Below, piece by piece: positions 9,001 through 17,600 of a stretch of 39,070 nucleotides of DNA (positions within the stretch are counted from its first letter, which is position 1; each line of letters opens with the position of its first letter). Source of the stretch: Candidatus Eiseniibacteriota bacterium (GTDB lineage: Bacteria; Eisenbacteria; RBG-16-71-46); contig JBGAML010000026.1 in the NCBI GenBank assembly GCA_044223005.1, forward strand, positions 1-39,070, written 5' to 3'. The notes under the pieces are model-generated. The model worked only from the letters and a program-made list of their open reading frames with translations, was not told where the DNA came from and made no database searches. The translations under genes were made by a program, and so were the position numbers.

Positions 9001-10307
9001 GCTGCATCGGCGAGGACCTCGTGACGTTCCCGCAGCGCGGCTGCGTCGCGTCGTGGGCCTCGGTCTGCTACGAGGTCGTGCCGGCGGACGATTCCACGCA
9101 CATCAATGTGGAGTTCGCGCGCTCGATGTTCCGCGACCCGCCGCGCGACAACCAGCTGTGGGACCACGGCTCTCGCGTCGTGCTGGGCGAAGTGATCCAG
9201 GCCACCTACCTGCGCTACATGACGGCCGTGGAGTCGCGCTTCTCGTTCTTCGAGCGCGGACTCGCCACCACGTACACGCTGCTCGGCGACCCGGGCCTGC
9301 GCGTCTCGATCGGCCTGCCGCAGTCCACCGTGTGGGCGAACGACTCCGCCACGACCGACGGCCAGTTCGTACGTCTGCACACGGCGGGGGACACGCTGAC
9401 ACTGGTCGCCGACCTCGCCTCGACCGCGCGGCTCGACAGCCTCGGGCTCTGGCAGGTCGACGGCAACCTGGCGCCGGTGGGCGTCGCCGCGTCGCAGTAC
9501 TCGCTCTCGCCCACGTTCCCCGACACGGCGGGCGGCGGCATCTCGGGCGGCCGGCGCTTCCGGCTCACCTATGGCACGCACCTGCCCGCGTCGACGCGCA
9601 GCTACGTCTTCCGCGTGACCGATCGCGACGGGCTCAAGACCACGTACACCGTCGGCTTCGCCCTCGACGCGACGCTGCGCGTGGACGGCGTGGCGATCCA
9701 CGACGGCGACGACGTCTCGCCGACCGCCAACCTGAGCCTGATGCTCGTCTCGCCCGCGCCGCTCGACCCGCAGACCGAGATCACGATGACCGTGAACGGC
9801 GTCGCGCAGGCGTTCACCGCCGTCGCGGCGCCCGGCGACGCGTCGGGACGCGAGTGGATCCTGTCGTGGACGCACCCGGCCTACGCCAAGGACGACTACG
9901 TGGTCGAGACCGTGGTGCGCGGTGCCGCGAACCTGACGCGCCGGTTCAAGGTGTCGACCGCGACGGGGGACCTGCGGATCTCGAACCTGTTCGCGTTCCC
10001 GAACCCGTTCGACAACGACGGCACGACGTTCACGTACCAGCTGCTGGGATCGGATCCCGCCGACGTGCGGGTCACGGTGATGACGATCACGGGGCGGCGC
10101 ATCTGGTCGCAGGACCTGAAAGGCCTCGCGCCCGGCTATCACCAGCTGCCGTGGAACGGCAGCGACGCCGAGGGCGACGAGCTGGCGAACGGCGTCTACT
10201 TCTACCGCCTGAGCGCGACGTCGACTTCGGGACGCCACGCCGACCAGCTCGGGCGACTCGTGAAGCTGAGGAAACCCCGGCACGTGGACGTCGCCGCCAC
10301 GCCTTAG
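6012..10307 (+). CDS. Secreted C25-family (gingipain/PorU-like) cysteine peptidase with propeptide-like N-terminus and FlgD-Ig/T9SS-like C-terminal domain
   Basis: Signal peptide ends PARA. C25 motifs DYVIIVP, VYDEFNGG, FLLLGGDG, SDNLY, IGRLP, NYQGH (His codon 8823), FSC (Cys codon 8946), YTLLGDP. C-terminal FPNPF...WNGSD..G..LANGVYFYRL. Confidence 0.88.
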   Translation: MHTFRLRHAVLTALVLGALVAPARADVLQVVSTDAHGLTVRVTTEAWSLAAPGADGRRKVIGVPDAHSLTDPGHALLPAYSALLLLPPDARPSVRVLSASAPVESTGVRLAIAGKPSFVPGPHQTFEPAMDDVAPVLDGAWPREPVSLGAMGAWRGRRYASLEVRPFQYDEAGATLRATASMLVRVEFNRPAGAAALPARATAPDPNADDVMRAAAINWDQGASWRLAPAADPAVARVSRGASIASTRALGFDETQPEVRVKLDSAGVWLLPFDQLAANGFPAGVPVAQVSVHRHEFLENSAVQPYATQEIPVEVEDANGNNVFDSGDRVWVYTRTWAQRSGASEYQRTWGDAEVVYATVRTAGGLRMATRPGWRGQVGLTPPASYPASEHWERNYASPMGFIDAATDTSQDLFPWTEITYYYDRQDTIQFTVNDIDTSHAVQMAVRWQGRTYGPHNQSAAIKNRNNVLTTAVDSLYWTDKQPRVGTGSVRGSAFSEGLNRFVTWGRGGNAYFGGPSPTGNFLDNAGLNWFETTYWRRYKAVHDVLACSSADATGEIQLHCTGMLADSLRVFDVTDPENPVRLLIDEAHVTRSAPISFDFQDSVATGAPHLYIVTGAQDPIAPSYGPRVPADDHFAAVTRLHLQDHVAGDYVIIVPEAFQSAMAPLVAMRQATGLRVVLATAEDVYDEFNGGRHSAAAIQRFVRYAYRRWNMRFLLLGGDGTMDPQQLVKDGSAFPQPYSGVDWIPVNPVAGPVTVSLGYEVTVSDNLYGMLTGNNDPILSSGPVIPEIMIGRLPANSLADMTAMVSKIVKFEDHTTDPAWRRNVLLVADDAYSGDSFFGGGGGGASGYCFKDYEQRFVRLSDKCRSVILNEAGLRRMNVISFNERYYLPNEAVTIGAFGDTCRNDRALTSTHTHAVATKAMFDDLNAGTLWWNYQGHANEGVLAHEGLYVNSGENPGADDKWQFGNTDQTGIWSAFSCHANMFARWNGKPTGATGGCIGEDLVTFPQRGCVASWASVCYEVVPADDSTHINVEFARSMFRDPPRDNQLWDHGSRVVLGEVIQATYLRYMTAVESRFSFFERGLATTYTLLGDPGLRVSIGLPQSTVWANDSATTDGQFVRLHTAGDTLTLVADLASTARLDSLGLWQVDGNLAPVGVAASQYSLSPTFPDTAGGGISGGRRFRLTYGTHLPASTRSYVFRVTDRDGLKTTYTVGFALDATLRVDGVAIHDGDDVSPTANLSLMLVSPAPLDPQTEITMTVNGVAQAFTAVAAPGDASGREWILSWTHPAYAKDDYVVETVVRGAANLTRRFKVSTATGDLRISNLFAFPNPFDNDGTTFTYQLLGSDPADVRVTVMTITGRRIWSQDLKGLAPGYHQLPWNGSDAEGDELANGVYFYRLSATSTSGRHADQLGRLVKLRKPRHVDVAATP

Positions 10308-10341
10308 TGTTTCGCGCCGGATCGACCAGGGAGGATCGTCC

Positions 10342-12261
10342 GTGAACCGCGCTGCCGCCGTCGTCTGTGCCGTGCTGCTCGCCGCGCCCGCCGCCCGTGC
10401 GGCGGGCACGTCCGCCGTCGCCACGCCGCAGCGCACGATCGCGATCGCCGAGGACCAGCGCCGGTGGCGCGACGGCGAGCTCAAGTCGTTCATCTGGAGC
10501 CCCACCGCGGCCGTGCGTGCACGCGCGGCGCTCGCGATCGGACGGCTGCAGGATTCGACCGCGGTCGACGCGCTGATCCCGCTGCTCGACGACGTGTCGC
10601 GCGACGTGCGCCGCGAAGCCGTGTTCGCGCTGGGCCAGATCGGCAGCCGCGAGGCGCGGCCGTCGCTGCAGGCGCAGCTCGGCGACGCCGACGTGGAGGT
10701 GGTGCGGCTCGCGCTCGAAGCGCTGGGCAAGATCGGCGACAAGGGCGCGACCGGGGCGGTCGTGGAGTTCCTCGACGGCCGGTTGCCGCGGCTGCGGGGC
10801 GAGGCCGCCGTGGCGCTCTGGCGGCTCGCCGACACGAGCGCGGTGGGCCGGCTGCTTCCGCACCTCGCCGACATCGACGCCGACGTCCGCTGGCGCACGG
10901 TGTACGCGCTCGAGAAGCTGCCCATGCCGGCGATCATCGTGCCGCGGGCGCTGCCGCTGCTCACCGACCCGAACGCGCTGGTGCGCGCACACGCGGCCCG
11001 CACGCTCGGCCGCATGAAGTCGCCCGCGGCGACACGCGGGCTCGTGGCCGCCGTCGCGGATTCCGACGCGGCCGTGCGCATCAACGCGATTCGCGCGCTG
11101 CAGGGGATCGCCGACTCCGCGTCGGCCGAGATCCTGCCCGTGCTGTCGGGCGCGCTGGCGGACCGCGACCCGTACGTGCGCGTGACCGCCGCCACCGCGC
11201 TCGCCGAACCGTTCGCGTGGCGCAGCGCGGGCACGGTGGACGCCGGTGCGGCGCACACGGCGCTCGTGCGCGGCAGCACGGACCCCGACGCCGCGACGCG
11301 CGGCGCATGCCTGCGGGCGCGGGCGATGCGTTTCGGCGAGTGGGCGCTCGTCGAGGATCCGTCGCCCTACGTGCGCACCGCCCAGCTCGACGGCCTGCGC
11401 GGCATCGCGCAGCGCCGGCCCGCCGCGATGACCGGCGCGTTCGCGCCCGCCGCCGTCCTGCTCGGCGAACTCGCGCCCGCGCGGCCGCTCCTCGTGCGCA
11501 TGACGGCGGCCGAGGTCGCGGGCACGGTGCATCCCGCGAAGGACCCGGGGACGCCCGCGCTGCTCGCGGCGCTGCGTGCCGGGCTCGAGGACGGGAACCC
11601 GCTCTATGCCGCCTCGTGCGCCGGTGCGCTCGGTGACTGGGGCGACAAGGAGAGCGTGCGGCGGCTCGCGGCCGCCTACGCGGCGCGCGGCAAGGACGCC
11701 GAGCCGGACGCGCGGCAGGCGATCCGCGACGCGCTGCGCCAGCTGGCGACGCGTGCGTTCGCCGACAGCGTCGAACGCGCGAACCCCGCGCCGCCGCTGC
11801 CGTCGGTCTACCCGCCGTTCTTCGAGCAGGATCCGAAGGAGAAGCGCGCGATCGTCCACACCACCGCCGGCGACATCGAGTGGGAGCTGCTGGGGCGCGA
11901 CGCGCCGCAGACGGTGCGCAACTTCGTGCTGCTCGCCCGCCGGAAGTACTTCGACGGTTCGTGCTACCACCGCGTGGTGCCGGACTTCGTGATCCAGGAC
12001 GGCGACCCGACCGGCACCGGCAGCGGCGGCCCCGGCTGGACGATCCGCTGCGAGTACAACCGGCTCCAGTACGACGCCGGCATGGTCGGGATGGCGCTCT
12101 CGGGCAAGGACACCGGTGGCAGTCAGTGGTTCATCACGCTGTCGCCGCAGCCGCACCTGAACGGCCGCTACACGATCTTCGCGCGCGTGACCAAGGGTCT
12201 CGACGTGGCCCGCCGCGTGACCCAGGGCACCGTGATCCGGAGCATCGAGATCCTGCCGTAA
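10342..12261 (+). CDS. Exported HEAT-repeat protein fused to a C-terminal cyclophilin PPIase
   Basis: GTG after GGAGG, signal peptide ends AARA. Many VR..AA.ALG HEAT repeats. Cyclophilin motifs APQTVRNF, HRVVPDFVIQDGDPTGTG, GMA..GKDTGGSQWFIT, PHLNGRYTIF. Confidence 0.9.
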   Translation: MNRAAAVVCAVLLAAPAARAAGTSAVATPQRTIAIAEDQRRWRDGELKSFIWSPTAAVRARAALAIGRLQDSTAVDALIPLLDDVSRDVRREAVFALGQIGSREARPSLQAQLGDADVEVVRLALEALGKIGDKGATGAVVEFLDGRLPRLRGEAAVALWRLADTSAVGRLLPHLADIDADVRWRTVYALEKLPMPAIIVPRALPLLTDPNALVRAHAARTLGRMKSPAATRGLVAAVADSDAAVRINAIRALQGIADSASAEILPVLSGALADRDPYVRVTAATALAEPFAWRSAGTVDAGAAHTALVRGSTDPDAATRGACLRARAMRFGEWALVEDPSPYVRTAQLDGLRGIAQRRPAAMTGAFAPAAVLLGELAPARPLLVRMTAAEVAGTVHPAKDPGTPALLAALRAGLEDGNPLYAASCAGALGDWGDKESVRRLAAAYAARGKDAEPDARQAIRDALRQLATRAFADSVERANPAPPLPSVYPPFFEQDPKEKRAIVHTTAGDIEWELLGRDAPQTVRNFVLLARRKYFDGSCYHRVVPDFVIQDGDPTGTGSGGPGWTIRCEYNRLQYDAGMVGMALSGKDTGGSQWFITLSPQPHLNGRYTIFARVTKGLDVARRVTQGTVIRSIEILP

Positions 12262-12308
12262 CGGCGCGGGGACAGCGCCCACTCGCGGCGTGTATCGTGG
12301 CGGTCCCC

Positions 12309-14156
12309 ATGAGCGCCCGGTCCCGCCAGAAGCCCGTCATGCCGATCCCGCCGGCCGCGCCCGCCCCCGAGCCGCTGCCGCGCGCGGCGGTGGTGCTGCT
12401 CGCCGCGCTCACCGCCGCGGTGATCGTCGCGCTCTGCAGCTGGCGGATCGCGGACCTCGACGTGTGGCAGCACCTGGCCGTCGGCCGCGCGATCTGGCAG
12501 CTGAAGCGCGTGCCGCTCGAGCAGGTGTGGGTTTGGCCCGTGTACGGGCAGCCCGACGTGCTGCCCTCGTGGCTCTTCCGCGTTCTGCTCTGGCCGTTCT
12601 GGGCCGCGGGCCAGGTGCAGGGTCTCTTCGCGTGGCGCTGGCTCGCGGCGCTCGCGGCGTTCGCGCTGCTCTGGCGCGCCGCACGCGAGGCCGGTGCGCG
12701 CGGGCCGTGGGTGTTCGTGGCGCTGACGTGGTGCGCGATGTTCTACCGCTTTCGCTCGCAGGTGCGGCCCGAGACGCTCGTCGCGGTGCTCGCCGCGGCG
12801 CAGATGTGGGTGCTCGAACGCCGGCGCGTCCGCGGCGTGCCCGAGCGCGGGCTCGATCCCGCGTGGGCCGTGGTGCCGATCGCGCTCCTCTGGGCCAACA
12901 CGCACTTGTCGTACACGGTGGGCCTCGCGCTCACGGCGTTCCACGCGATCGACGCGTGGTGGGCGTCGCGCCGCGGACCCTCGCGCCGGCCGGGCACGCT
13001 CGCGCTCGTGCTGCTCGCGAGCGTGGCCGTGTCGTTCGCCAATCCGTTCGGGTGGCGGGCGCTCGCGCAGCCGTTCGAGTACGCGCTCCTCTGGCGGCAC
13101 GAGGCGATCTACCAGACGATCGGCGAACTCGCCCCGATCGACTGGCCCATGTACGCCGCGAGCGGATTGCCATTCTGGCTCGCGGCGCTCGCCCTGCTGG
13201 CGCTCTGGCGCTGGCGGCGTTCGGGGCCGGACCTGGTGCAGCTGCTCGGACTGCTCGTGTTCGTGCCTCAGGCGCTCTCGACGCAGCGCTTCCTCGGCTA
13301 CCTCGGTTTCCTGCTCGCGCCGGCCTTCGCCCGCGACGCCGACGCGCTGCTCGAACAGCTCTCGGCGAGGTTCCTGCGCGGCGCGTGGCCGCGCACCGCG
13401 CTCGCGGCGGCGCTGATCGTCGCGATGCCGTGGCTCTCGTGGCGCGACGACACGGTGCGGCCGTGGCCCACGGTGCGCTGGGACCTGGTGCCCGTGCGCG
13501 CCAGCGACTGGATCGAGGCGCACGGCGTGCGTGGGCGGGCGTTCAACGACTTCGATCTCGGCGGCTGGCTGCTCTGGCGCTTCTGGCCGCAGCCGGACCG
13601 CCTGCCCTTCATGGACATCCACCAGTCGGGCACGCCGCTCGACCGCAATCTCACCGCGCTGGCGCACGCGCAGCCCGGGCCGTGGGCGCAGCTCGACGCC
13701 GAGCGGCGCTTCGACTGGGTGCTGCTCGACCGGCCGCGCACCGAGTGGAACCACCTGCCCGACCACCTCGACGCCGATCCGGCGTTCGCCCTGGTCTTCG
13801 CGGACGACGCCGCACTGCTCTACCTGCGGCGCGACGGCGCCGACTCGCTGCTCGCGCGGCGCTTCGCGTTCCGCGTGCTGCCGGGCGGCACGGCGTCGAT
13901 CGCGCGTGTGGGCGCCACGGTGGCGGCGAGCCCGGTGGCGCGGGCGGCGCTGCGCGCGGATCTGCGCCGCGCGCTCGCGGACTCGCGCTGGAACGGTGGC
14001 GCGCACAGCCTGCTCGCCAACGTCGACCTGCTCGAGGGCCGCTGGGGCGATGCGGTCGCGCAGCTCGATTCGGCCCGGCGCGCGGATCCGTCGCTGCCGC
14101 TGCTGGCCGAGCGCGCGCGTCTCGCGCTCGACTCGCTCGAGGCCAGCCGCCGCTGA
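12309..14156 (+). CDS. Polytopic membrane protein, putative GT-C-like glycosyltransferase, with C-terminal soluble/TPR-like region
   Basis: Roughly 10 hydrophobic segments. Acidic loop DLDVWQHLAVG after the first TM, then RPE, LWANTH, NPFG, FNDFDLGGWL. Start chosen at ATG 12309 (12339 is an alternative). Confidence 0.65.
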   Translation: MSARSRQKPVMPIPPAAPAPEPLPRAAVVLLAALTAAVIVALCSWRIADLDVWQHLAVGRAIWQLKRVPLEQVWVWPVYGQPDVLPSWLFRVLLWPFWAAGQVQGLFAWRWLAALAAFALLWRAAREAGARGPWVFVALTWCAMFYRFRSQVRPETLVAVLAAAQMWVLERRRVRGVPERGLDPAWAVVPIALLWANTHLSYTVGLALTAFHAIDAWWASRRGPSRRPGTLALVLLASVAVSFANPFGWRALAQPFEYALLWRHEAIYQTIGELAPIDWPMYAASGLPFWLAALALLALWRWRRSGPDLVQLLGLLVFVPQALSTQRFLGYLGFLLAPAFARDADALLEQLSARFLRGAWPRTALAAALIVAMPWLSWRDDTVRPWPTVRWDLVPVRASDWIEAHGVRGRAFNDFDLGGWLLWRFWPQPDRLPFMDIHQSGTPLDRNLTALAHAQPGPWAQLDAERRFDWVLLDRPRTEWNHLPDHLDADPAFALVFADDAALLYLRRDGADSLLARRFAFRVLPGGTASIARVGATVAASPVARAALRADLRRALADSRWNGGAHSLLANVDLLEGRWGDAVAQLDSARRADPSLPLLAERARLALDSLEASRR

Positions 14157-14226
14157 TCGCCGCGGCGCCACGCGGCGGCACTCGGCGGCTCGAGTATCGC
14201 GCCGGGAGGAACCGGGGACCGGGCGG

Positions 14227-14330
14227 CGGAGCCCCACGCACCGGTCGCTCCGGACCCGGCCCTCCACGTCGCGATTTCACCCGGCCGGGCGTCCTCGCCC
14301 GGCCGTCTCACCACGGAGCCCCACGCACCG
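14227..14330. repeat. 17-bp direct repeat flanking a GC hairpin in a convergent intergenic region
   Basis: CGGAGCCCCACGCACCG at 14227-14243 and 14314-14330. Hairpin CGGCCGGGCG-TCCT-CGCCCGGCCG at 14282-14305. Confidence 0.6.
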
Positions 14331-14374
14331 TCGCGGACGCCGGTCGCATCGACCCGGCCGGAACTGCGAACGGA

Positions 14375-14818
14375 CTACTTGCCCTTCTGCTTCGCGATCA
14401 CCATGCCGCCGAACTTGTCGTAGGCGGCCTGCGTGACCACGCCCTTCGAGACGAGCTGCGCCTTGTTCGTCCACGGGCGGCCCTTGATGATCTTGTCGCT
14501 GATGGCCTCGCCGATGCCGGGCAGCTTCATGAGCTCGGCCTTCGTCGCCGAGTTCAGGTCCACGAGCTGGGTCGAGGTGGCCGCCGCGGCTTTGGTGTCC
14601 TTCGCGGCCTTGGCGCCGGTGGTCGCCGCGGTACTGGCCGTCGCGGCCGCCGCACCCTTCGCGTTCGTCGCGGCGCTCGCGGCCGAGGACTTCGTCTTCG
14701 CCATCGCGCTCCTGGGAGCCGTCGTTCCGGCGGCCGGGGCCGTGCCCGCGGCCGTGGCGAGCGACGCCGAGAGGAGCAGCGCGAGCGCCGCGAGGACGAC
14801 CGAAGACTTCCGCATCAT
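14375..14818 (-). CDS. Exported helix-hairpin-helix DNA-binding protein (ComEA-like)
   Basis: ATG 14818 after GGAGG, signal peptide, Ala/Thr/Lys linker, then LVDLNSATKAELMKLPGIGEAISDKII..RP HhH motif. Confidence 0.85.
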   Translation of the reverse strand: MMRKSSVVLAALALLLSASLATAAGTAPAAGTTAPRSAMAKTKSSAASAATNAKGAAAATASTAATTGAKAAKDTKAAAATSTQLVDLNSATKAELMKLPGIGEAISDKIIKGRPWTNKAQLVSKGVVTQAAYDKFGGMVIAKQKGK

Positions 14819-15612
14819 GGATGGAAACCTCCGAAGGGCGTGTTCGTGCACGCGATCGCCCCCTTCAGGCGGTCCGCGCGGGAACGGGAGTTCCGCTCCA
14901 GGAGAGCCGAATCGTTCCCCGGGACACCGGGCGTACTCGCCGGCGGGCACGCGAACGCCACCGCGGTGCGCACGCACGCGGTCGAGGCATTGGTGGGTGT
15001 CTGGGGATCGGGGGGGGCCGCGGAAGGTACACACGCAGGCGAATCAGGCGGGACGAAGGCGGAAGCGCGCGAGGTCTCGAAGGAGGTGGGGCCACGTGGG
15101 GGCGCGCGCCCGGCGAGCAGCGTGCTCGGTGCCGAGTTCGCGTCGAGCATCCGGAACGAGAGTTCGCGACCCTGGCCCGCGCCGATGCGCAGCAGGCCGC
15201 CCATGCCGGGCGTCGCGGGCATGCTGCGTACCGCACCCTTGGAGCGCTGCGTCACCGGGCGATGCACGCGCAGCGTCGCGCTGTTGGGGGTGCGTCCGCG
15301 TTCGCGTTTCTCCGAATGCCGGTCGGGCGCGGGCGTCGCGGGCAGCGCCGACCGCGACGGCGTCGCGCGCTCGACGCGCGACGCCTGCGGCGCGCGCGGA
15401 GCGGTGAGCGGCGGATCGTCCGTCGGCGAAAGGTGCGCGGGCGTCGGCGCCGGCGTGGGCGCGGACACCGAGGAGGCCGGCGAGGCGTGCGGAGTCCGCG
15501 TGTGCGTGCCTTCCTCGAAGCTCGTGCCGCCACCGGCCCACGCGACCGCCGCTCCGGCGAGGAGCGCGAACGCGAGAGCGAGCGAACGGCGAGAGAGGAC
15601 GGAAAGGCGCAT
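14815..15612 (-). CDS. Signal-peptide, low-complexity ORF containing GRAPPRGP; candidate arrest/leader peptide coupled to the ComEA-like gene
   Basis: AAGGAG RBS and signal peptide MRLSVLSRRSLALAFALLAGAAVAWA. RAPP at 15108-15097. Its stop overlaps the next start (ATGA). Confidence 0.5.
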   Translation of the reverse strand: MRLSVLSRRSLALAFALLAGAAVAWAGGGTSFEEGTHTRTPHASPASSVSAPTPAPTPAHLSPTDDPPLTAPRAPQASRVERATPSRSALPATPAPDRHSEKRERGRTPNSATLRVHRPVTQRSKGAVRSMPATPGMGGLLRIGAGQGRELSFRMLDANSAPSTLLAGRAPPRGPTSFETSRASAFVPPDSPACVPSAAPPDPQTPTNASTACVRTAVAFACPPASTPGVPGNDSALLERNSRSRADRLKGAIACTNTPFGGFHP

Positions 15613-15825
15613 TCGGCGGTCGGGCTCCTTCGAAGCGTCGGTCGTCGAGGCTGGCGGCGAGGCGGCTACGGTACACCCGGATGCGGCGCGTGCCGCACCG
15701 GAAAACGCCTCCCTTTCGAAGCCCCATCAGCATGCTGGGATTCGGGGAACAATTATCAGGGCCGGGTAAAATCCTGCCCGGATCCTACGTTCTGGTACCG
15801 CAGGAGGTTGCAGGTGGCCCGGAGT

Positions 15826-16698
15826 TCAGCGACCGCGTTCGGCGTCGAGAAACCCTTCGAGGATCGCCCGCAGCCGGACGGCCGCCGCGTCGGCCACGAC
15901 CGTGACCTCTTCGTGGGTGAGCGGGGCGTCCGAGAGGCCGGTCGCCTTGTTGGTGAGACACGAGATGCAAGCGGCCTCGCAGCCCAGTTCGGCCGCGAGC
16001 GTCACCTCGTGCACCGTGCTCATGCCGGCGGCGTCGCCGCCCAGCGTACGCGCCATGCGGATCTCGGCGGCGGTCTCGTAGGTCGGGCCGTGGCCGCCGA
16101 CGAGCACGCCGCGCCGCAGCTGCACGCCGGCGCGCGTCGCCGCCGCGAGCAGCGCGTCGCGCAGGCGGGGCGAATACGGATCGGCGACGCGGCGGCCGGC
16201 GCGCCGCTCGGTCAGCTCGCGCGTGGTGAAGAGCCCGCGCTTGCCGATGAAGTTGAGGTGCCCGGTCGCGAGCATCACGTCGCCGGGGGAAAAGTCGCGA
16301 TGGATCGCGCCGACCGCGCTCGTGAACACCATCGTGCGCGCCCCGAGCGCGTGCATCACGCGCACGCCGAACGTGAGCCGCTCCATCGCGTAGCCTTCGT
16401 AGCGATGGCTCCGGCCCGCGAGCGCGGCAACCGGGACGCCGCGCCAGGTGCCGAGCGCGAGGCGTCCCGCGTGACCGGCCACCGTGGAGGCGGGCCAGTG
16501 CGGGATCTCGCGCGTCGAGACGGTGACCGCGTCCGTGAGCGCGTCGACGACGCCGCCCAGGCCCGAGCCGAGCGTGAACGCGACACGCGGCACGAGCGGC
16601 GAACGCGTGCGCAGGAACGCCGCGGCTTCCGCGACGCGCGCGTCCAGGTCGGCGCCGGGCAGGCCCGGGAGCGCGGGCGGCACGGCCGGGCGGCTCAC
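15826..16698 (-). CDS. punA: Purine-nucleoside phosphorylase (PNP/MTAP family 2, PunA/XapA type)
   Basis: LGSGLG, GHAG, GRSHRYEGY, GPTYETAAE, GMSTVHE, TNKATG, HEEV. GTG start overlaps the permease stop (GTGA). Confidence 0.9.
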   Translation of the reverse strand: MSRPAVPPALPGLPGADLDARVAEAAAFLRTRSPLVPRVAFTLGSGLGGVVDALTDAVTVSTREIPHWPASTVAGHAGRLALGTWRGVPVAALAGRSHRYEGYAMERLTFGVRVMHALGARTMVFTSAVGAIHRDFSPGDVMLATGHLNFIGKRGLFTTRELTERRAGRRVADPYSPRLRDALLAAATRAGVQLRRGVLVGGHGPTYETAAEIRMARTLGGDAAGMSTVHEVTLAAELGCEAACISCLTNKATGLSDAPLTHEEVTVVADAAAVRLRAILEGFLDAERGR

Positions 16699-17600
16699 GC
16701 GTCCTCCGGGTCGTACGGCACGCCGTCGGCGCGCGGCGCGACGGCGCGGCCGATGAAGCCGGCGAGCGCGAGCATCGTGACGAGGTAGGGGAGCGCCTGC
16801 AGCAGCTCGCTCGGGAACGCCGAACCCTGCAGCGTGATCTGCAGCGCCTCGGCCGCGCCGAACAGCAGGCACGCGGCCGCGGCGCCGGCGGGATTCCACT
16901 TGCCGACGATCATCGCGGCGAGCGCGATGTAGCCTCGGCCGCCCGTCATGCCGTCGGTGAACGAGTGCTGCTCGCTCGCGAGCCACGCGCCGCCGAGCGC
17001 GGCGAGCACACCGCAGAGCAGCACGCCCGCGAACCGGTGCGCCACCACCGAGAGACCGAGCGTGGCGGCGGCCTCGGGGCGCTCGCCGATCGCGCGCAGG
17101 CGCAGGCCGAACACCGAACGGAACAGCAGCACCTGCACGAGCACGACGAGCAGCACCGTCGCGATCACGAGCGGCGAGGCGAGCAGTGCGCCCAGGGCGG
17201 GCAGCTTGGCGAGCGGGCCGATCGGCAGCTCGGGCAGCCCGGGTACGCGCGGCGAGTTGGACGACGAATGGAACACGCGCACGAGCACGAAGCGGGTGAG
17301 GCCCGCGGCGAGCAGGTTGATGCCGAGGCCGGTCGTGATCTGGTCCGCGCGGAAGCGCACCGTGGCCTCGGCGTGGATCCACGCGGTGAGCAGCCCCGCG
17401 AGCACCGCGGCGCCGACACCGAGCCAGGGATTGCCGGTGGCGTAGGCGCCGAGCGTGTAGGCGAGCGCCCCGTTCAGCATGAGGCCCTCGAGCGCGATGC
17501 ACACCACGCCGCCGCGTTCGGAGATCGACGCGCCGAGCGCCGCGAGCGCGTAGGGCACGCTGATCCGCAGCGCGGCCGCGACGAACAGGAGCGCGATCAC
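16695..17600 (-). CDS. Nucleoside/simple-sugar ABC transporter permease (NupC-like)
   Basis: SERGGVVCIALEGLML, ADQITTG, FGLRLRAIGE.P.AA, GRGYIALAAMIVGKW, LPYLVT. GTGA-coupled start. Confidence 0.9.
   Translation of the reverse strand: MIALLFVAAALRISVPYALAALGASISERGGVVCIALEGLMLNGALAYTLGAYATGNPWLGVGAAVLAGLLTAWIHAEATVRFRADQITTGLGINLLAAGLTRFVLVRVFHSSSNSPRVPGLPELPIGPLAKLPALGALLASPLVIATVLLVVLVQVLLFRSVFGLRLRAIGERPEAAATLGLSVVAHRFAGVLLCGVLAALGGAWLASEQHSFTDGMTGGRGYIALAAMIVGKWNPAGAAAACLLFGAAEALQITLQGSAFPSELLQALPYLVTMLALAGFIGRAVAPRADGVPYDPEDA

Noticed and set aside
5931..11279. 1782-aa minus-strand ORF and other long overlapping ORFs (e.g. 6149..10345, 20895..24740, 12290..15769, 35849..38212)
   Set aside because: They are Arg/Ala/Gly-rich shadow frames of motif-supported genes, expected at this GC content, and show no recognisable motifs.
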